Assembly (NCBI GenBank): GCA_045533905.1
Contig: JAZSIR010000023.1
Span: 1-52,723, forward strand
Reading direction: 5' to 3'
DNA length: 52,723 bases
Origin: Clostridia bacterium
GTDB lineage: Bacteria; Bacillota; Clostridia; UMGS1883; UMGS1540
A program made the translations under genes and the position numbers. Positions 19,484-29,294 of this stretch are shown here, piece by piece. A model generated the notes under the pieces. It made no database searches and had not been told where the DNA came from. It saw nothing but the letters and a program-made list of their open reading frames with translations. Positions within the stretch are counted from its first letter, which is position 1. Each line of letters opens with the position of its first letter.

Positions 19484-20362
19484 TTAGTCCTCCAGTTTAC
19501 GGAGTTCTTCATTTTCCTTTTCGTTTACAACTTCTTTGTTTTGACGGTTGCCGCGGCGTAAAAATTTCACTTCCTCGCGTGAAAAGTCGGCAATTACGCC
19601 TTCGTCCGAGCCTTCAAGCCGCACGCGAAGTCTTCCCGATAAAAGTGCCACGGAAACGACTGTGCCGTTGCCGCGCGGCGTTTTTACGAGTGCGCCGACG
19701 GGCGGGGTAATCTTATGGAGTGCCTCGTAGGAATCCTGCTCGTATTTAAGGCAGCACATAAGTCTGCCGCATGTGCCGGAAATTTTGGCAGGGTTTAAGG
19801 AAAGACCCTGTTCTTTAGCCATTTTAATCGAAACAGGCTGAAAGTCGTTTAAAAATGTGGAACAGCAAAGAGGTCTTCCGCAAACACAAAGGCCGCCCAT
19901 CATTTTCGCTTCGTCGCGAACGCCTACCTGGCGAAGCTCGATACGGGTGCGGAAAACGCTTGCAAGATCCTTTACGAGCTCGCGGAAGTCCACGCGGCCG
20001 TTTGCGGTGAAATAAAAGAGAATCTTGTTGGCATCGAAAGAGTATTCAACATGAATCAGCTTCATATCGAGCCCGTGCTTTTCGATTTTCTTAAGACAAA
20101 TATCAAAGGCTTCCTTTTCCTTGCGACGGTTCGTTTCTACCTGCCGCGTATCCTGTGCGGTGGCAATACGAACCACTTTTTTAAGCGGGGAAACCAGTTC
20201 TTCGTCAGGTACATCGGAAATCGGAACCGAAACCTCGCCGTATTCAAGCCCGCGTGCCGTTTCCACGACCACGTGCATACCTTGCTCGATGGGCAGATCC
20301 GTCGGGTCAAAGTAATATACTTTTCCGTTTTCCTTAAATCTGACGCCTACTATCCGTGTCAT
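19484..20362 (-). CDS. ricT: PSP1-domain Fe-S protein RicT/YaaT
   Basis: VVVETARG, GRVDFRELVKDLA, CGRPLCC and CGRLMCCLKYE motifs; start MTRIVGV after GGAGG. Confidence 0.92.
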   Translation of the reverse strand: MTRIVGVRFKENGKVYYFDPTDLPIEQGMHVVVETARGLEYGEVSVPISDVPDEELVSPLKKVVRIATAQDTRQVETNRRKEKEAFDICLKKIEKHGLDMKLIHVEYSFDANKILFYFTANGRVDFRELVKDLASVFRTRIELRQVGVRDEAKMMGGLCVCGRPLCCSTFLNDFQPVSIKMAKEQGLSLNPAKISGTCGRLMCCLKYEQDSYEALHKITPPVGALVKTPRGNGTVVSVALLSGRLRVRLEGSDEGVIADFSREEVKFLRRGNRQNKEVVNEKENEELRKLED

Positions 20363-21329
20363 GACAATACCTCCAACATTCTGATAGAAAATCCGTAATC
20401 CATACGGAGAAATTAGAGCCTTTTCCGATAGAAGAGGCAAGTGAAAGTGCTTTTTCATAGCACCGGAGTGCCGCATAGGGCGATACGGAAAAAGCAAATT
20501 CCGCAATTTCGCTTTGATAATCCCCGTTTAAGGGAACAAAGGTGTCTGCTAGCTGCAAATACATACAGTCCCGCATCCAGGAAGAAAAGAAGGCGAGCAT
20601 ATCTGAAAGCGCACTTTCATATTCCTCAAAACAGCGCACAAGCGAATATATGCCGGCGCGGGAGGAGGCGAGGCGGGGGATAAGCGAAAAAAGTGCCGCG
20701 CGCATAGAAAGATACGCTTCGTTTTCTGCAAGGCTCTTCGCCGTACCGATACTGCCGCCGGCACTTCTGGCAAGAAAAGGTGCATCTTCCTGCCGTGAAG
20801 GGTAATTTTCACATAAAAACATACAAAGCTCCGCTGCGGTACATCCGGCAAGCGGAAGCACAATCGCGCGGGACACAACGGTATTTAAAAGTGCTTCCCG
20901 CGAGGTGGCGGTCATCAAAATCGTCACATATGGGGGCGGCTCTTCAAATGCCTTGAGTAGCGTATTTTGCACAGCAGGGCTCAGCTTTTCCCCGTCCGGA
21001 AAAATGTAAATTTTCCGTTCCGCCAAAAAAGGCTTCACATACATTTCTGCCACGATGGTGCGGGCGCGCTCCACCGAGAGAGAGGCTTTTTCCGTATTCT
21101 CTACATAAATGATATCCGGATGATTGCCGCTCTTTGTTTTTATGCAGGTACTGCATGTGCCGCAAGGCTTATTTTCTCCTTCACAAAGGAGCATTTCGGC
21201 CACATGGCGGCACAACGTTTTTTTGCCCATACCAACAGCACCCTCGAAAATATACAGATGTCCGACGGTATTTTTTCGGAGTGCTGCCTTAAAATATGCA
21301 ATTTGTGCGTCTTTACCGTAGAGCTTCAA
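20334..21329 (-). CDS. holB: DNA polymerase III delta-prime subunit
   Basis: GMGKKT P-loop, C..PCGTCSTC zinc module, HPD, NTLLKAFEEPP and TVVSR; lies between darA and ricT. Confidence 0.88.
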   Translation of the reverse strand: MKLYGKDAQIAYFKAALRKNTVGHLYIFEGAVGMGKKTLCRHVAEMLLCEGENKPCGTCSTCIKTKSGNHPDIIYVENTEKASLSVERARTIVAEMYVKPFLAERKIYIFPDGEKLSPAVQNTLLKAFEEPPPYVTILMTATSREALLNTVVSRAIVLPLAGCTAAELCMFLCENYPSRQEDAPFLARSAGGSIGTAKSLAENEAYLSMRAALFSLIPRLASSRAGIYSLVRCFEEYESALSDMLAFFSSWMRDCMYLQLADTFVPLNGDYQSEIAEFAFSVSPYAALRCYEKALSLASSIGKGSNFSVWITDFLSECWRYCHDTDSRRQI

Positions 21330-21652
21330 ACCTTTTCAAACCTGTCAACATCCACAACGAAAATGGTAGCACCGCCCACTTCCACTTCAATCGGCTGGGG
21401 CGTGTACATGCCTGCCATGCCGGCGGAGACGGGGGTGGTCATAATATGCTTTCGTGTGTGGCACCTTTCCTTGAAAATGGAGATTGCTTCTTCCACACGT
21501 TCTTCTTCCGTACCTACCAGCAGTGTTATGTTGCCTGCACGGAGAAAGCCGCCCGTGGTGGCAAGCTTCGTTACGCTGAAGCCGGCATCGTTGAGGGCAC
21601 CGAGCGTTTTGTTTCCATCCTCGCTGTGTAAGATTGCTAAAATGAGCTTCAT
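21326..21652 (-). CDS. darA: Cyclic-di-AMP receptor, PII-like (DarA/PstA/YaaQ)
   Basis: MKLILAI, TKLATTGGFLRAGN.T and VEVGGATIFV motifs. Confidence 0.92.
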   Translation of the reverse strand: MKLILAILHSEDGNKTLGALNDAGFSVTKLATTGGFLRAGNITLLVGTEEERVEEAISIFKERCHTRKHIMTTPVSAGMAGMYTPQPIEVEVGGATIFVVDVDRFEKV

Positions 21653-21713
21653 AAAGAAATCTCCTTTCAAAATAAATTCGGAAGTATAGATATTTCTACT
21701 ATACCCAATATAT

Positions 21714-21742
21714 AGTATAACATAAAGGAAATAAAAAAGCAA
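21714..21742 (-). promoter_or_regulatory. Sigma-A-like promoter for the darA-holB-ricT-degV-smc run
   Basis: Minus strand TTGCTT-17 bp-TATACT with TG extension. Confidence 0.55.
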
Positions 21743-21753
21743 AGATTTTTTGT

Positions 21754-21787
21754 AAAAAAGAAACAGCGCACCGCATAGGGTGCGCTG
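21754..21787 (-). terminator. Intrinsic terminator after the dehydrogenase-like gene
   Basis: CAGCGCACC/GGTGCGCTG stem followed by a U-tract on the minus strand. Confidence 0.7.
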
Positions 21788-21796
21788 AAAAGCTTC

Positions 21797-22756
21797 TTAT
21801 ATGAACAGATTGCCCTTGAGAAAAGGCGAGTTCACGATATGGTGCGGCACTTCTCTGTGCAAAACGCGGATAGCGTTTTCCGTGCACGCGACATGAAGCT
21901 CCGCTACTGCCTCGCGCGTGGCATGCGCGCAGTGCGGCGTGATGAGCACATTGTCCATTTCGAAAAGGCGGCTGTTTCGGGGGAGAGGCTCTGTCTCAAA
22001 TGCATCGAGCGCCGCGCCCGCAATTTCGCCCGAGAAGAGGGCGTAGGTAAGCTCGCTTTCGTCAATAACACCGCCGGGGCTTACCGAAAGAAGCACAGCT
22101 TCCTTTTTCATCCGCTGAAACTGTGGCATCCCCATCATATGGCGGGTATCCTCTGTGTACGGCGTGCAAAGGCCAACAAAGTCCGAATTTTCCAAAAGAG
22201 ACAGGAAGTGCACACTGCCGGCATCCGGTGCGGCAAAGGGGTCAAAGAAAAGCGTGTCCATTCCCAAACCGCGCGCCATCGCCGAAAGCGTCGCGGCTAT
22301 ATCTGCACTGCCGATAATGCCGAGTGTTTTACCGCGCAGACGGGCGAGAGAGCCAATATATTCCGCACCCCATTTTCCGGCCTTTGCAAAGAGACTGCCG
22401 AGGGGAATACGCTTGGCATAGGCAAGAAGAAGTGCAAAGAGGTATTCTGCCGCATCCTCGTCGCCGTAGCCGGGCGTGTTGCATACATAAATGCCGCGTG
22501 CCCCTGCGGCCGCAAGATTGATGTTTTCATACGTTTTGCCCATAGTGATGATGGCTTTGCATTTTTCCAGGGCACCGATCACATTTTCCCCGATAGGGGC
22601 ATCGTTTACCAGAAGGATATCGGCATCGCGCACAATAGGGCGAAGTTCATCCGCCGCCTGAAAGTATGTAACCAAAAAGGTGGCACCCTCGGCGCGAAAG
22701 GCCTTTTTCTCATAGGAAAAATCAGCGCCGGAGCGGTCAAGCATTACGATTTTCAT
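21797..22756 (-). CDS. D-isomer 2-hydroxyacid dehydrogenase family protein with degenerate motifs
   Basis: Family architecture retained (VCNTP, LRGKTLGIIG, GAALDAFETEP, ITPH), but GxGxxG and the NxxRG arginine are lost. Confidence 0.8.
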   Translation of the reverse strand: MKIVMLDRSGADFSYEKKAFRAEGATFLVTYFQAADELRPIVRDADILLVNDAPIGENVIGALEKCKAIITMGKTYENINLAAAGARGIYVCNTPGYGDEDAAEYLFALLLAYAKRIPLGSLFAKAGKWGAEYIGSLARLRGKTLGIIGSADIAATLSAMARGLGMDTLFFDPFAAPDAGSVHFLSLLENSDFVGLCTPYTEDTRHMMGMPQFQRMKKEAVLLSVSPGGVIDESELTYALFSGEIAGAALDAFETEPLPRNSRLFEMDNVLITPHCAHATREAVAELHVACTENAIRVLHREVPHHIVNSPFLKGNLFI

Positions 22757-22780
22757 AGAAAGACATCCTTTCGAATGGGA

Positions 22781-23251
22781 TTATGCAAGTGTTCGTATTT
22801 CTGTGGAAATTACGCCACCGGAAATTTCAATAATGCCAAAGGAAGGCGCACCGCTTGCAGGCAGTGCGATGCTGCCGGGATTAAAAAGGCGCACATCCGA
22901 AACCACGCCGTCAAACACCTCGTGCGTGTGCCCGAAAAGCACAATATCGGCGCCTTTTGCGGCCGCGGCAAGCTCGGAAAGTCCGCTTTTTACGCTGCGC
23001 GTGTGTCCGTGACAAAGAAAGAAGCGTTTGCCGCCGATCTCCGTCACTTTTTCATACGCGCCGCCGGCACAAAAATCACAGTTGCCGCATACATAGGAAA
23101 TAGGGGTGTTCGGGTACACTATACCGAGATCCTCCGCATCGCGCGCGGTATCTCCGAGATGTATAATGTGGTCTATGGGTCCCGCGGCATCCATCGCCCG
23201 AAGGCAATTATGCATACGGCCGTGGCTGTCACTGAAAACGGCAATTCTCAT
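22781..23251 (-). CDS. Metallophosphoesterase (YfcE/MJ0936 family)
   Basis: SDSH, HLGD, GNCD, HGH, GHTH and NPGS motifs. Confidence 0.9.
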   Translation of the reverse strand: MRIAVFSDSHGRMHNCLRAMDAAGPIDHIIHLGDTARDAEDLGIVYPNTPISYVCGNCDFCAGGAYEKVTEIGGKRFFLCHGHTRSVKSGLSELAAAAKGADIVLFGHTHEVFDGVVSDVRLFNPGSIALPASGAPSFGIIEISGGVISTEIRTLA

Positions 23252-23277
23252 ACATATCCCGTCCTTTCCTTACCAAT

Positions 23278-23306
23278 ACTATATCGCAAAATTGAGGCGG
23301 TGTCAA
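23278..23306 (-). promoter_or_regulatory. Sigma-A-like promoter
   Basis: Minus strand TTGACA-17 bp-TATAGT. Confidence 0.65.
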
Positions 23307-23345
23307 GCCTTCTGCGGTGAGGTGGCAGTTTTTTGCGAAAATCTC

Positions 23346-23374
23346 TTGCTTTTCGGGCAGAAAGCGTGTATAAT
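23346..23374 (+). promoter_or_regulatory. Sigma-A-like promoter for ruvX-DUF1292
   Basis: TTGCTT-17 bp-TATAAT. Confidence 0.6.
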
Positions 23375-23386
23375 AAATGACGGTGA

Positions 23387-23806
23387 TTGAAATTGCGTAT
23401 AATAGGTCTTGATTATGGTGACAGCCGCATCGGCGTTGCGGTCAGCGATCTTCTGGGGCTCACGGCGCAGCCGGTGGGGGCGCTTATGGAGAAAACCTGG
23501 TCGCAACAAATTGAAAAGCTTGCAGGCATCGTGGATGAATACGGCGCAGAAGCCTTTGTGATCGGTATGCCAAAAAATATGAACGGCTCCATCGGTCCCC
23601 GCGGCGAGATTACGAGAAAGTTTATCGAGCTTCTCCGTACGCGCTTTTCGCTGCCGGTGTATGAATGGGATGAAAGGCTTACGTCCGTGGCGGCGCACCG
23701 AGCGCTTATGGACGGCAATGTACGTGGCACCAAGAAAAAAGGCAAGGTGGATATGCTGGCAGCCGTGTTTATTCTCCAGGGATATCTCGACAGCCTTCAG
23801 AATTGA
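23387..23806 (+). CDS. ruvX: YqgF/RuvX family nuclease (pre-16S rRNA maturation / resolvase-like)
   Basis: GLDYG..RIGVAVSD, WDERLTS and VD..AA..ILQ.YLD motifs. Confidence 0.92.
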   Translation: MKLRIIGLDYGDSRIGVAVSDLLGLTAQPVGALMEKTWSQQIEKLAGIVDEYGAEAFVIGMPKNMNGSIGPRGEITRKFIELLRTRFSLPVYEWDERLTSVAAHRALMDGNVRGTKKKGKVDMLAAVFILQGYLDSLQN

Positions 23807-23821
23807 AAGGAGCATGTAAAA

Positions 23822-24118
23822 ATGCAGGAAGAAAGAGAAAATGTAATCATACTCATCGACGATGAGGGCAAGGAAATGCCTTTCGAGGTGCTGGATATCA
23901 TCGAAGAGGATGAAAAACGCTATGCAGTCGGCATCCCGGCAGAGGAAGCGGAGGACGAAGCGGAAGAAGGCACCGTTCTTATTATGCGCATTGTGCCGGC
24001 AAATGACGAAGAGGATATCCTCGAGCCGATTGAAGATGAAGCAGAACTCCAGAAAATCTTTGAGATTTTCAAAGAACGGATGGAAGAAGAATTTGAATTT
24101 GAGGACGAAGAGGAATAA
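23822..24118 (+). CDS. DUF1292 (YrzB-like) acidic protein
   Basis: I.L.DDEG.E..FE motif, highly acidic, conserved position after ruvX. Confidence 0.8.
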   Translation: MQEERENVIILIDDEGKEMPFEVLDIIEEDEKRYAVGIPAEEAEDEAEEGTVLIMRIVPANDEEDILEPIEDEAELQKIFEIFKERMEEEFEFEDEEE

Positions 24119-24129
24119 GCCTTTTGCAT

Positions 24130-24322
24130 CCTTCCCTGCGTTGTGCGCCGGCGGTATCTATTTTAGCCAACACTAAAATGTAAGGGAGGCAAATCGTTTC
24201 TGCGGTGTGTTAGGCCCCCCGCCCGAAAGGCCGGTCTGAGGGTAACCCGTAAACAGAAAATATGCCACCCACCTGCATAACAGGTTAAAATTCTCCTGTA
24301 AGACGGCAATCGCGGGGCTATT
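24130..24322 (+). ncRNA. ssrS: 6S RNA (SsrS)
   Basis: Long irregular rod: CCCTGCG pairs with CGCGGGG, TTTTAGCC with GGTTAAAA, GGGAGGCA with TGCCACCC, TTTCTG with CAGAAA; A-rich central bubble; Firmicute-type GGGAG..CCCACCTG..CAGG..ACGGCA elements; about 190 nt. Confidence 0.8.
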
Positions 24323-24330
24323 TGAAAGCC

Positions 24331-24365
24331 GAGCGGGACTTCTTTTTGGAAGTCCCGCTTTTATT
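24331..24365 (+). terminator. Intrinsic terminator after 6S RNA
   Basis: AGCGGGACTTC / GAAGTCCCGCT stem followed by TTTATT. Confidence 0.8.
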
Positions 24366-24421
24366 ATAGGTAATAAAAAATAAAAAAATTGCAAAAAGCA
24401 TAAAAAATCGTCAAAAAGTAG

Positions 24422-24450
24422 TTGTCAAACAGAAGAATCTGTGCTATAAT
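24422..24450 (+). promoter_or_regulatory. Sigma-A promoter
   Basis: TTGTCA-17 bp-TATAAT with TG extension. Confidence 0.7.
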
Positions 24451-24505
24451 ATACGAAATATGGAGTTTGTCTTTTGATTGACAGAAATACAAGGAGGATA
24501 CCACT

Positions 24506-25924
24506 ATGTTCAGAAGAATTGTAACGCTTGCGCTCACAGCATTGCTTTTCGTTTCCGTGCCGGTTATGGCCGCACCGAGCGAATGGGCAGCAGTTGAGGT
24601 AAATGCGGCGATTTCTGCCGAAATTGTGCCGGAGCGCATCCAGAGCGAATATCAGGCAGCGGTAACCCGTGAGGAATTTTGCGAAATGGCAATGCTCCTC
24701 TGGTGCAAGCTGACCTCTCTTCCCATGCCGGAGGCAGAAGCAGGCTTTGAAGATACTGTAAACGCTTCTGTTGCCGCGGCAAAGAGCCTCGGCATCGTCA
24801 AGGGCGTTTCCGACACGGCGTTTCTGCCGAATAATCCCGTAACCCGCCAGGAAATGTGTGTAATGCTGAAAAATGCACTCGTTTCGGCACGGCCGGAGAT
24901 TGTGTTCCCGGCAGAGTTTGCAAACACATTCCCGGACAGCGCAGCCATTGCTGACTGGGCGCTCGATTCGGTACAGGCTATGAATCTTCTCGCCGTTATG
25001 CTCGGCGATGAAAAAGGCAACATTAACCCGCTCGGGAACACTACAAGAGAACAGTCCATTCTGCTCGCATACCGCCTTCTCAGCACGGAGAGTATGACGA
25101 TGCAGGAATATGTTGAAAAATTCCTGATTCCCGTAAGCGGCAACACACATGAAAATATGCTTTCCGGCGCATTTGCCATCGGCACGGCCGGCGGCCCCGT
25201 TTATTATTCGGATGCCACGGGCATCTATAAGATGGGCAGTGAAGAGGCCGTTGTGAACAAGCCGGCAAAAAATATTGTGGTATTCAGCGAAACTATTTAT
25301 TATATCGGTGCAGATGACTGCATATATATGGTAAAGCCGGCGGACGGCACGGAAACAAAGCTCATCGAAACAAAGAGCGATGCCTTTGCCGCAGTAAGCG
25401 ATGCTCTCTATTACAGAAGCCTTGGAGACGGCAAGATCTACAAGATGCCTTTGGAGACGAAGACGGCAGAACTCTTTATCGATAAGAAGGCAGAGCTTCC
25501 CGTGTTTTCCGGAAGCACCGTATTCTATTCCGATGGTGAAAAGATTTACGAAATCAGCAAAAGCGGCAAGCACCTTCCTGTCTACACGGGCAAGAACAGC
25601 CATTTCACCATTAAGAACAGCAAGATGTACTTCTTGAATGCTGACAGTATGCTTGCCAAGGCAGACTTAAACGGCGCAAACTACGAAGTGATTTCTACGC
25701 TTCCGCTCCGTTCCTTTGCCTTTACGTATGACTGCTTTGCGGCCCTCGGTCGTGACGATAATGCCCTTTACAAAGTCGATTTCGGTGGCCGCTATGCCAT
25801 CCGGATGGATGTGGGCACATATGAAGCCGTGAACACATACGGCGATTATATCTTTATGAGAACCGCAGACGGCAGTATTTATGGCGTCACAAGCCTTGGC
25901 ACCGGCAAGACAAAGATAAAGTAG
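24506..25924 (+). CDS. Secreted S-layer-homology (SLH) protein with a DUF5050-like beta-propeller
   Basis: Signal peptide; three SLH-like repeats (VTREEF, GIVKG..FLPNNPVTRQE, NPLGNTTREQ); repeated IYY/LYY..IYK blades. Confidence 0.78.
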   Translation: MFRRIVTLALTALLFVSVPVMAAPSEWAAVEVNAAISAEIVPERIQSEYQAAVTREEFCEMAMLLWCKLTSLPMPEAEAGFEDTVNASVAAAKSLGIVKGVSDTAFLPNNPVTRQEMCVMLKNALVSARPEIVFPAEFANTFPDSAAIADWALDSVQAMNLLAVMLGDEKGNINPLGNTTREQSILLAYRLLSTESMTMQEYVEKFLIPVSGNTHENMLSGAFAIGTAGGPVYYSDATGIYKMGSEEAVVNKPAKNIVVFSETIYYIGADDCIYMVKPADGTETKLIETKSDAFAAVSDALYYRSLGDGKIYKMPLETKTAELFIDKKAELPVFSGSTVFYSDGEKIYEISKSGKHLPVYTGKNSHFTIKNSKMYFLNADSMLAKADLNGANYEVISTLPLRSFAFTYDCFAALGRDDNALYKVDFGGRYAIRMDVGTYEAVNTYGDYIFMRTADGSIYGVTSLGTGKTKIK

Positions 25925-25935
25925 GAGGACAGAAA

Positions 25936-26934
25936 ATGAAACAGTATAAAATTGCGGTTGTTGGCGCAACCGGTATGGTAGGCAGAACCTTCCTGAAAGT
26001 TCTGGAAGAATATAAGTTACCGGCAGAAAGCTACACGCTTTTCTCTTCGGCAAGATCTGCAGGCAACAAAATCAGCTTTATGGGAGAGGAATACACCGTG
26101 CGCGAGCTTACGGAAACTTCCTTCGATGAAGGCTTTGATATTGCCCTCTTTTCCGCAGGCGGCAGCACAAGCGAAAAATTTGCTCCGATTGCCGCAGCAA
26201 AGGGTTGCCTCGTAATCGATAACTCCAGCGCATGGCGTATGGATCCGAATGTGCCGCTCGTAGTGCCGGAAGTAAACCCCGAAGATATTCTGAAGCATAA
26301 GGGCATCATTGCAAACCCGAACTGCTCCACCATTCAGGCAATGGTAGCTTTAAAGCCGCTTTATGATGCATACGGCATCGAGCGTGTTGTCTACTCGACA
26401 TATCAGGCAGTATCCGGCGCAGGCCGCGGCGGTTGGGATGACCTTGAGAACGGTATGAAGGGCGAAGCACCGAAGAAGTTCCCGTATCCCATCGTCGGCA
26501 ACTGCATTCCGCATATTGATGTATTTCTTGAAAATGGGTATACTAAGGAAGAAATGAAGATGGTGAACGAAACCCGCAAGATTCTGGGTGACGATTCCCT
26601 CCGCATCACGGCTACCACCGTGCGCGTTCCCGTATTCAACGGCCATAGCGAATCCATTAACGTAGAACTCAAAAAGCCGTTTGTCCTTGAAGAACTCGTA
26701 GAAGTTCTCCGTAAGGCACCGGGCATCGTGATTGAAGACGATACTAAAAACAACGTATATCCGATGGCCATTCACGCTACGGGACGCGACGAAACATTTG
26801 TCGGCCGTATCCGTCGCGATGAAAGCGTGGAAAACGGCGTAAACCTCTGGGTTGTTGCAGATAATATCCGCAAGGGTGCAGCATCCAATGCAGTTCAGAT
26901 TGCGAAGAAGTATATCGAACTTATTGGCGAATAA
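25936..26934 (+). CDS. asd: Aspartate-semialdehyde dehydrogenase
   Basis: [22 protein letters not shown] and DNIRKGAA motifs. Confidence 0.97.
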   Translation: MKQYKIAVVGATGMVGRTFLKVLEEYKLPAESYTLFSSARSAGNKISFMGEEYTVRELTETSFDEGFDIALFSAGGSTSEKFAPIAAAKGCLVIDNSSAWRMDPNVPLVVPEVNPEDILKHKGIIANPNCSTIQAMVALKPLYDAYGIERVVYSTYQAVSGAGRGGWDDLENGMKGEAPKKFPYPIVGNCIPHIDVFLENGYTKEEMKMVNETRKILGDDSLRITATTVRVPVFNGHSESINVELKKPFVLEELVEVLRKAPGIVIEDDTKNNVYPMAIHATGRDETFVGRIRRDESVENGVNLWVVADNIRKGAASNAVQIAKKYIELIGE

Positions 26935-26951
26935 AAGAAAGCGAGGCGTAT

Positions 26952-27851
26952 GTGCGCATGAAGAAGTTACCTTTTACCGGAAGCGGCGTTGCACTGATAA
27001 CCCCGTTCAAAAACGGAAAAATCGATTTTGACAAGATGGGTGAACTCATTGAATTACATATCGAAAAACAGACGGACTCCATCATTATCTGCGGCACCAC
27101 GGGCGAATCGGCCGCTATGCCGGATGCGGAACATATTTCGGCTATCGAATATGCAGTAAACAAAGCTGCAGGCCGTATTCCGATTATTGCGGGTGCAGGC
27201 TCGAATGATACGGCACACGGCGTAGCCCTCTCCGCGAAAGCGGCCAAGGTAGGCGCGGATGCACTTTTGTCTGTAACGCCTTACTATAACAAGGCTACAC
27301 AGAAGGGCCTTGTCCGTCACTATACCGAAATTGCAAAGGTTGTGGATATTCCGATTATCCTTTATAATGTGCCCTCGAGAACGGGTGTGAACATTCAGCC
27401 GGAAACTCTTTTGGAGCTTTCCAAAATTGAGCATATTGTCGGTGTAAAAGAAGCAGGCGGTAACATTTCGCAGGTTGCCAAAATTGCCTCTCTCTGCGGC
27501 GATGAAGTTGCCATCTATTCGGGCGATGACGATATGATTGTGCCTGTTATGTCCCTCGGTGGCGTAGGCGTTATTTCCGTTCTGGCTAACATTCTTCCGA
27601 AGGAAACGCACGATATCACCGCTATGTGCTTTGCGGGCGACTATAAGGGTGCAAGAGAGCTGCAGCTTAAGTATTATGATCTTATCAAGGCGCTCTTTAT
27701 CGAAGTAAATCCCATCCCCGTGAAAACGGCGATGAACCTTCTCGGCTATGACGTAGGCGAGCTCCGGTTGCCGCTTTGCGAAATGGAAGAAAAGAATGTG
27801 GCTGTTCTGAAACGAGAACTCGAAAAGATAGGCCTTACAATCCAAGCGTAA
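26952..27851 (+). CDS. dapA: 4-hydroxy-tetrahydrodipicolinate synthase
   Basis: [24 protein letters not shown] and NPIPVK motifs; alternative start at 26958. Confidence 0.96.
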   Translation: MRMKKLPFTGSGVALITPFKNGKIDFDKMGELIELHIEKQTDSIIICGTTGESAAMPDAEHISAIEYAVNKAAGRIPIIAGAGSNDTAHGVALSAKAAKVGADALLSVTPYYNKATQKGLVRHYTEIAKVVDIPIILYNVPSRTGVNIQPETLLELSKIEHIVGVKEAGGNISQVAKIASLCGDEVAIYSGDDDMIVPVMSLGGVGVISVLANILPKETHDITAMCFAGDYKGARELQLKYYDLIKALFIEVNPIPVKTAMNLLGYDVGELRLPLCEMEEKNVAVLKRELEKIGLTIQA

Positions 27852-27866
27852 AGGAAAGAGCTGCCA

Positions 27867-28628
27867 ATGACAAATGTAATTTTAAGCGGTGCAAACGGAA
27901 AAATGGGGAAGACGGTTGCGGGCATCATCGCCGATATGCCGTCGGTGTCTGTTTGTGCCGGTATCGATGTGTACACGAAGGAGTATGGTGACTTCCCGAT
28001 TGTGGAAAAACCGCGGCTGTTAGAGACGGAAGGCGATGTGATTATCGACTTTTCCAATCCCGCCGCCCTTCTGGACCTTTTGCCCTATGCGATGGAGAAG
28101 AAAATTCCTGTGGTGGTTGCCACAACAGGACTCGGCGCGGAGCATAAGAGCTTGCTTGAGGCCGCTGCGAGAGAAATCCCCGTGTTCTTCTCAGCCAATA
28201 TGTCCCTTGGCGTAAGCCTCCTTACGGAGCTTGTGAAAAAAGCGGTAGCGGTACTTGGCGATGGGTTCAATATTGAAATTATCGAAAAGCATCATAACCG
28301 TAAGCTCGATGCGCCGAGCGGCACGGCAATGGCGATTGCCGATGCCATTTCGGAAGCGGCAGCGGATGCAAAGGAATATGTGTATGACCGCCATAGCGTG
28401 CGTCGTGCCCGCGGGAAAGAGGAGATTGGTATTCACGCCGTCCGCGGCGGTACAATCGTCGGTGAACACACGGTGCTCTTTGCAGGCCAGGATGAAGTAA
28501 TTGAAATCAAGCACAGCGCAGGCAGTCGCGATATTTTCGCGGTAGGTGCCGTTCGTGCGGCTTTGTTTTTGCTGGACAAGCCCGCTGGTCTCTACAATAT
28601 GCGCGATCTCGTTTCGGCATCCGAATGA
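27867..28628 (+). CDS. dapB: 4-hydroxy-tetrahydrodipicolinate reductase
   Basis: GANGKMG, ATTG and EKHHNRKLDAPSGTA motifs. Confidence 0.96.
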   Translation: MTNVILSGANGKMGKTVAGIIADMPSVSVCAGIDVYTKEYGDFPIVEKPRLLETEGDVIIDFSNPAALLDLLPYAMEKKIPVVVATTGLGAEHKSLLEAAAREIPVFFSANMSLGVSLLTELVKKAVAVLGDGFNIEIIEKHHNRKLDAPSGTAMAIADAISEAAADAKEYVYDRHSVRRARGKEEIGIHAVRGGTIVGEHTVLFAGQDEVIEIKHSAGSRDIFAVGAVRAALFLLDKPAGLYNMRDLVSASE

Positions 28629-28645
28629 AATAATCGAAAAAGTTC

Positions 28646-28674
28646 TTGCAATCTTTGAGAAGATAGGATAAAAT
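28646..28674 (+). promoter_or_regulatory. Sigma-A-like promoter for efp
   Basis: TTGCAA-17 bp-TAAAAT. Confidence 0.55.
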
Positions 28675-28710
28675 AAAAGTATAAACATTGGAAAGGAATG
28701 GAAACATAAG

Positions 28711-29268
28711 ATGATTAGCGCAGGAGATTTCAGAAACGGTATTACCTTTGAAATGGAGGGCAACGTCTTCCAGATCGTAGAATTTCAGCATGTAAAACCC
28801 GGTAAGGGCGCAGCCTTCGTAAGAACGAAGCTGAAGAATGTTATCAACGGCGGCGTTGTGGAAAAGACCTTCCGCCCCACCGATAAGATGCCCAAGGCTC
28901 ACATCGAACGTAAGGATATGGAATACCTCTACAATGACGGCGAGCTTTTCTACTTCATGGATCAGGAAAGCTACGAACAGATGCCGCTCAATGCCGACCA
29001 GCTCGGCGATGCGCTCCGCTTTGTAAAGGAAAATATGCTCGTTAAGATTCTGTCTTACAAGGGCAACGTATTCGGTGTAGAACCGCCGAACTTTGTAGAA
29101 CTCCAGGTTGCAGAAACCGAACCGGGCGTCAAGGGCGATACAGCCACGGGCGCACAGAAGCCTGCAATTTTGGAAACAGGCGCACAGATAAATGTTCCGC
29201 TCTTTATCGACCAGGGCGATATGATCCGTGTAGATACTCGTACCGGCGAATATATGGAGCGTGCATAA
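28711..29268 (+). CDS. efp: Elongation factor P
   Basis: [20 protein letters not shown] and DTRTGEY motifs. Confidence 0.98.
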   Translation: MISAGDFRNGITFEMEGNVFQIVEFQHVKPGKGAAFVRTKLKNVINGGVVEKTFRPTDKMPKAHIERKDMEYLYNDGELFYFMDQESYEQMPLNADQLGDALRFVKENMLVKILSYKGNVFGVEPPNFVELQVAETEPGVKGDTATGAQKPAILETGAQINVPLFIDQGDMIRVDTRTGEYMERA

Positions 29269-29294
29269 TATTTAACTCTGAAGGAGGAACGAAA

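Noticed and set aside
21839-23320. 493-aa plus-strand ORF
   Set aside because: Antisense shadow of the dehydrogenase-like and phosphoesterase genes; no recognisable motifs.
24425-25603. 392-aa minus-strand ORF (likewise 1079-2248, 30184-31167, 39506-40624 and the plus-strand 48663-49685)
   Set aside because: Each overlaps a well-supported gene on the opposite strand and shows no protein-family motifs.
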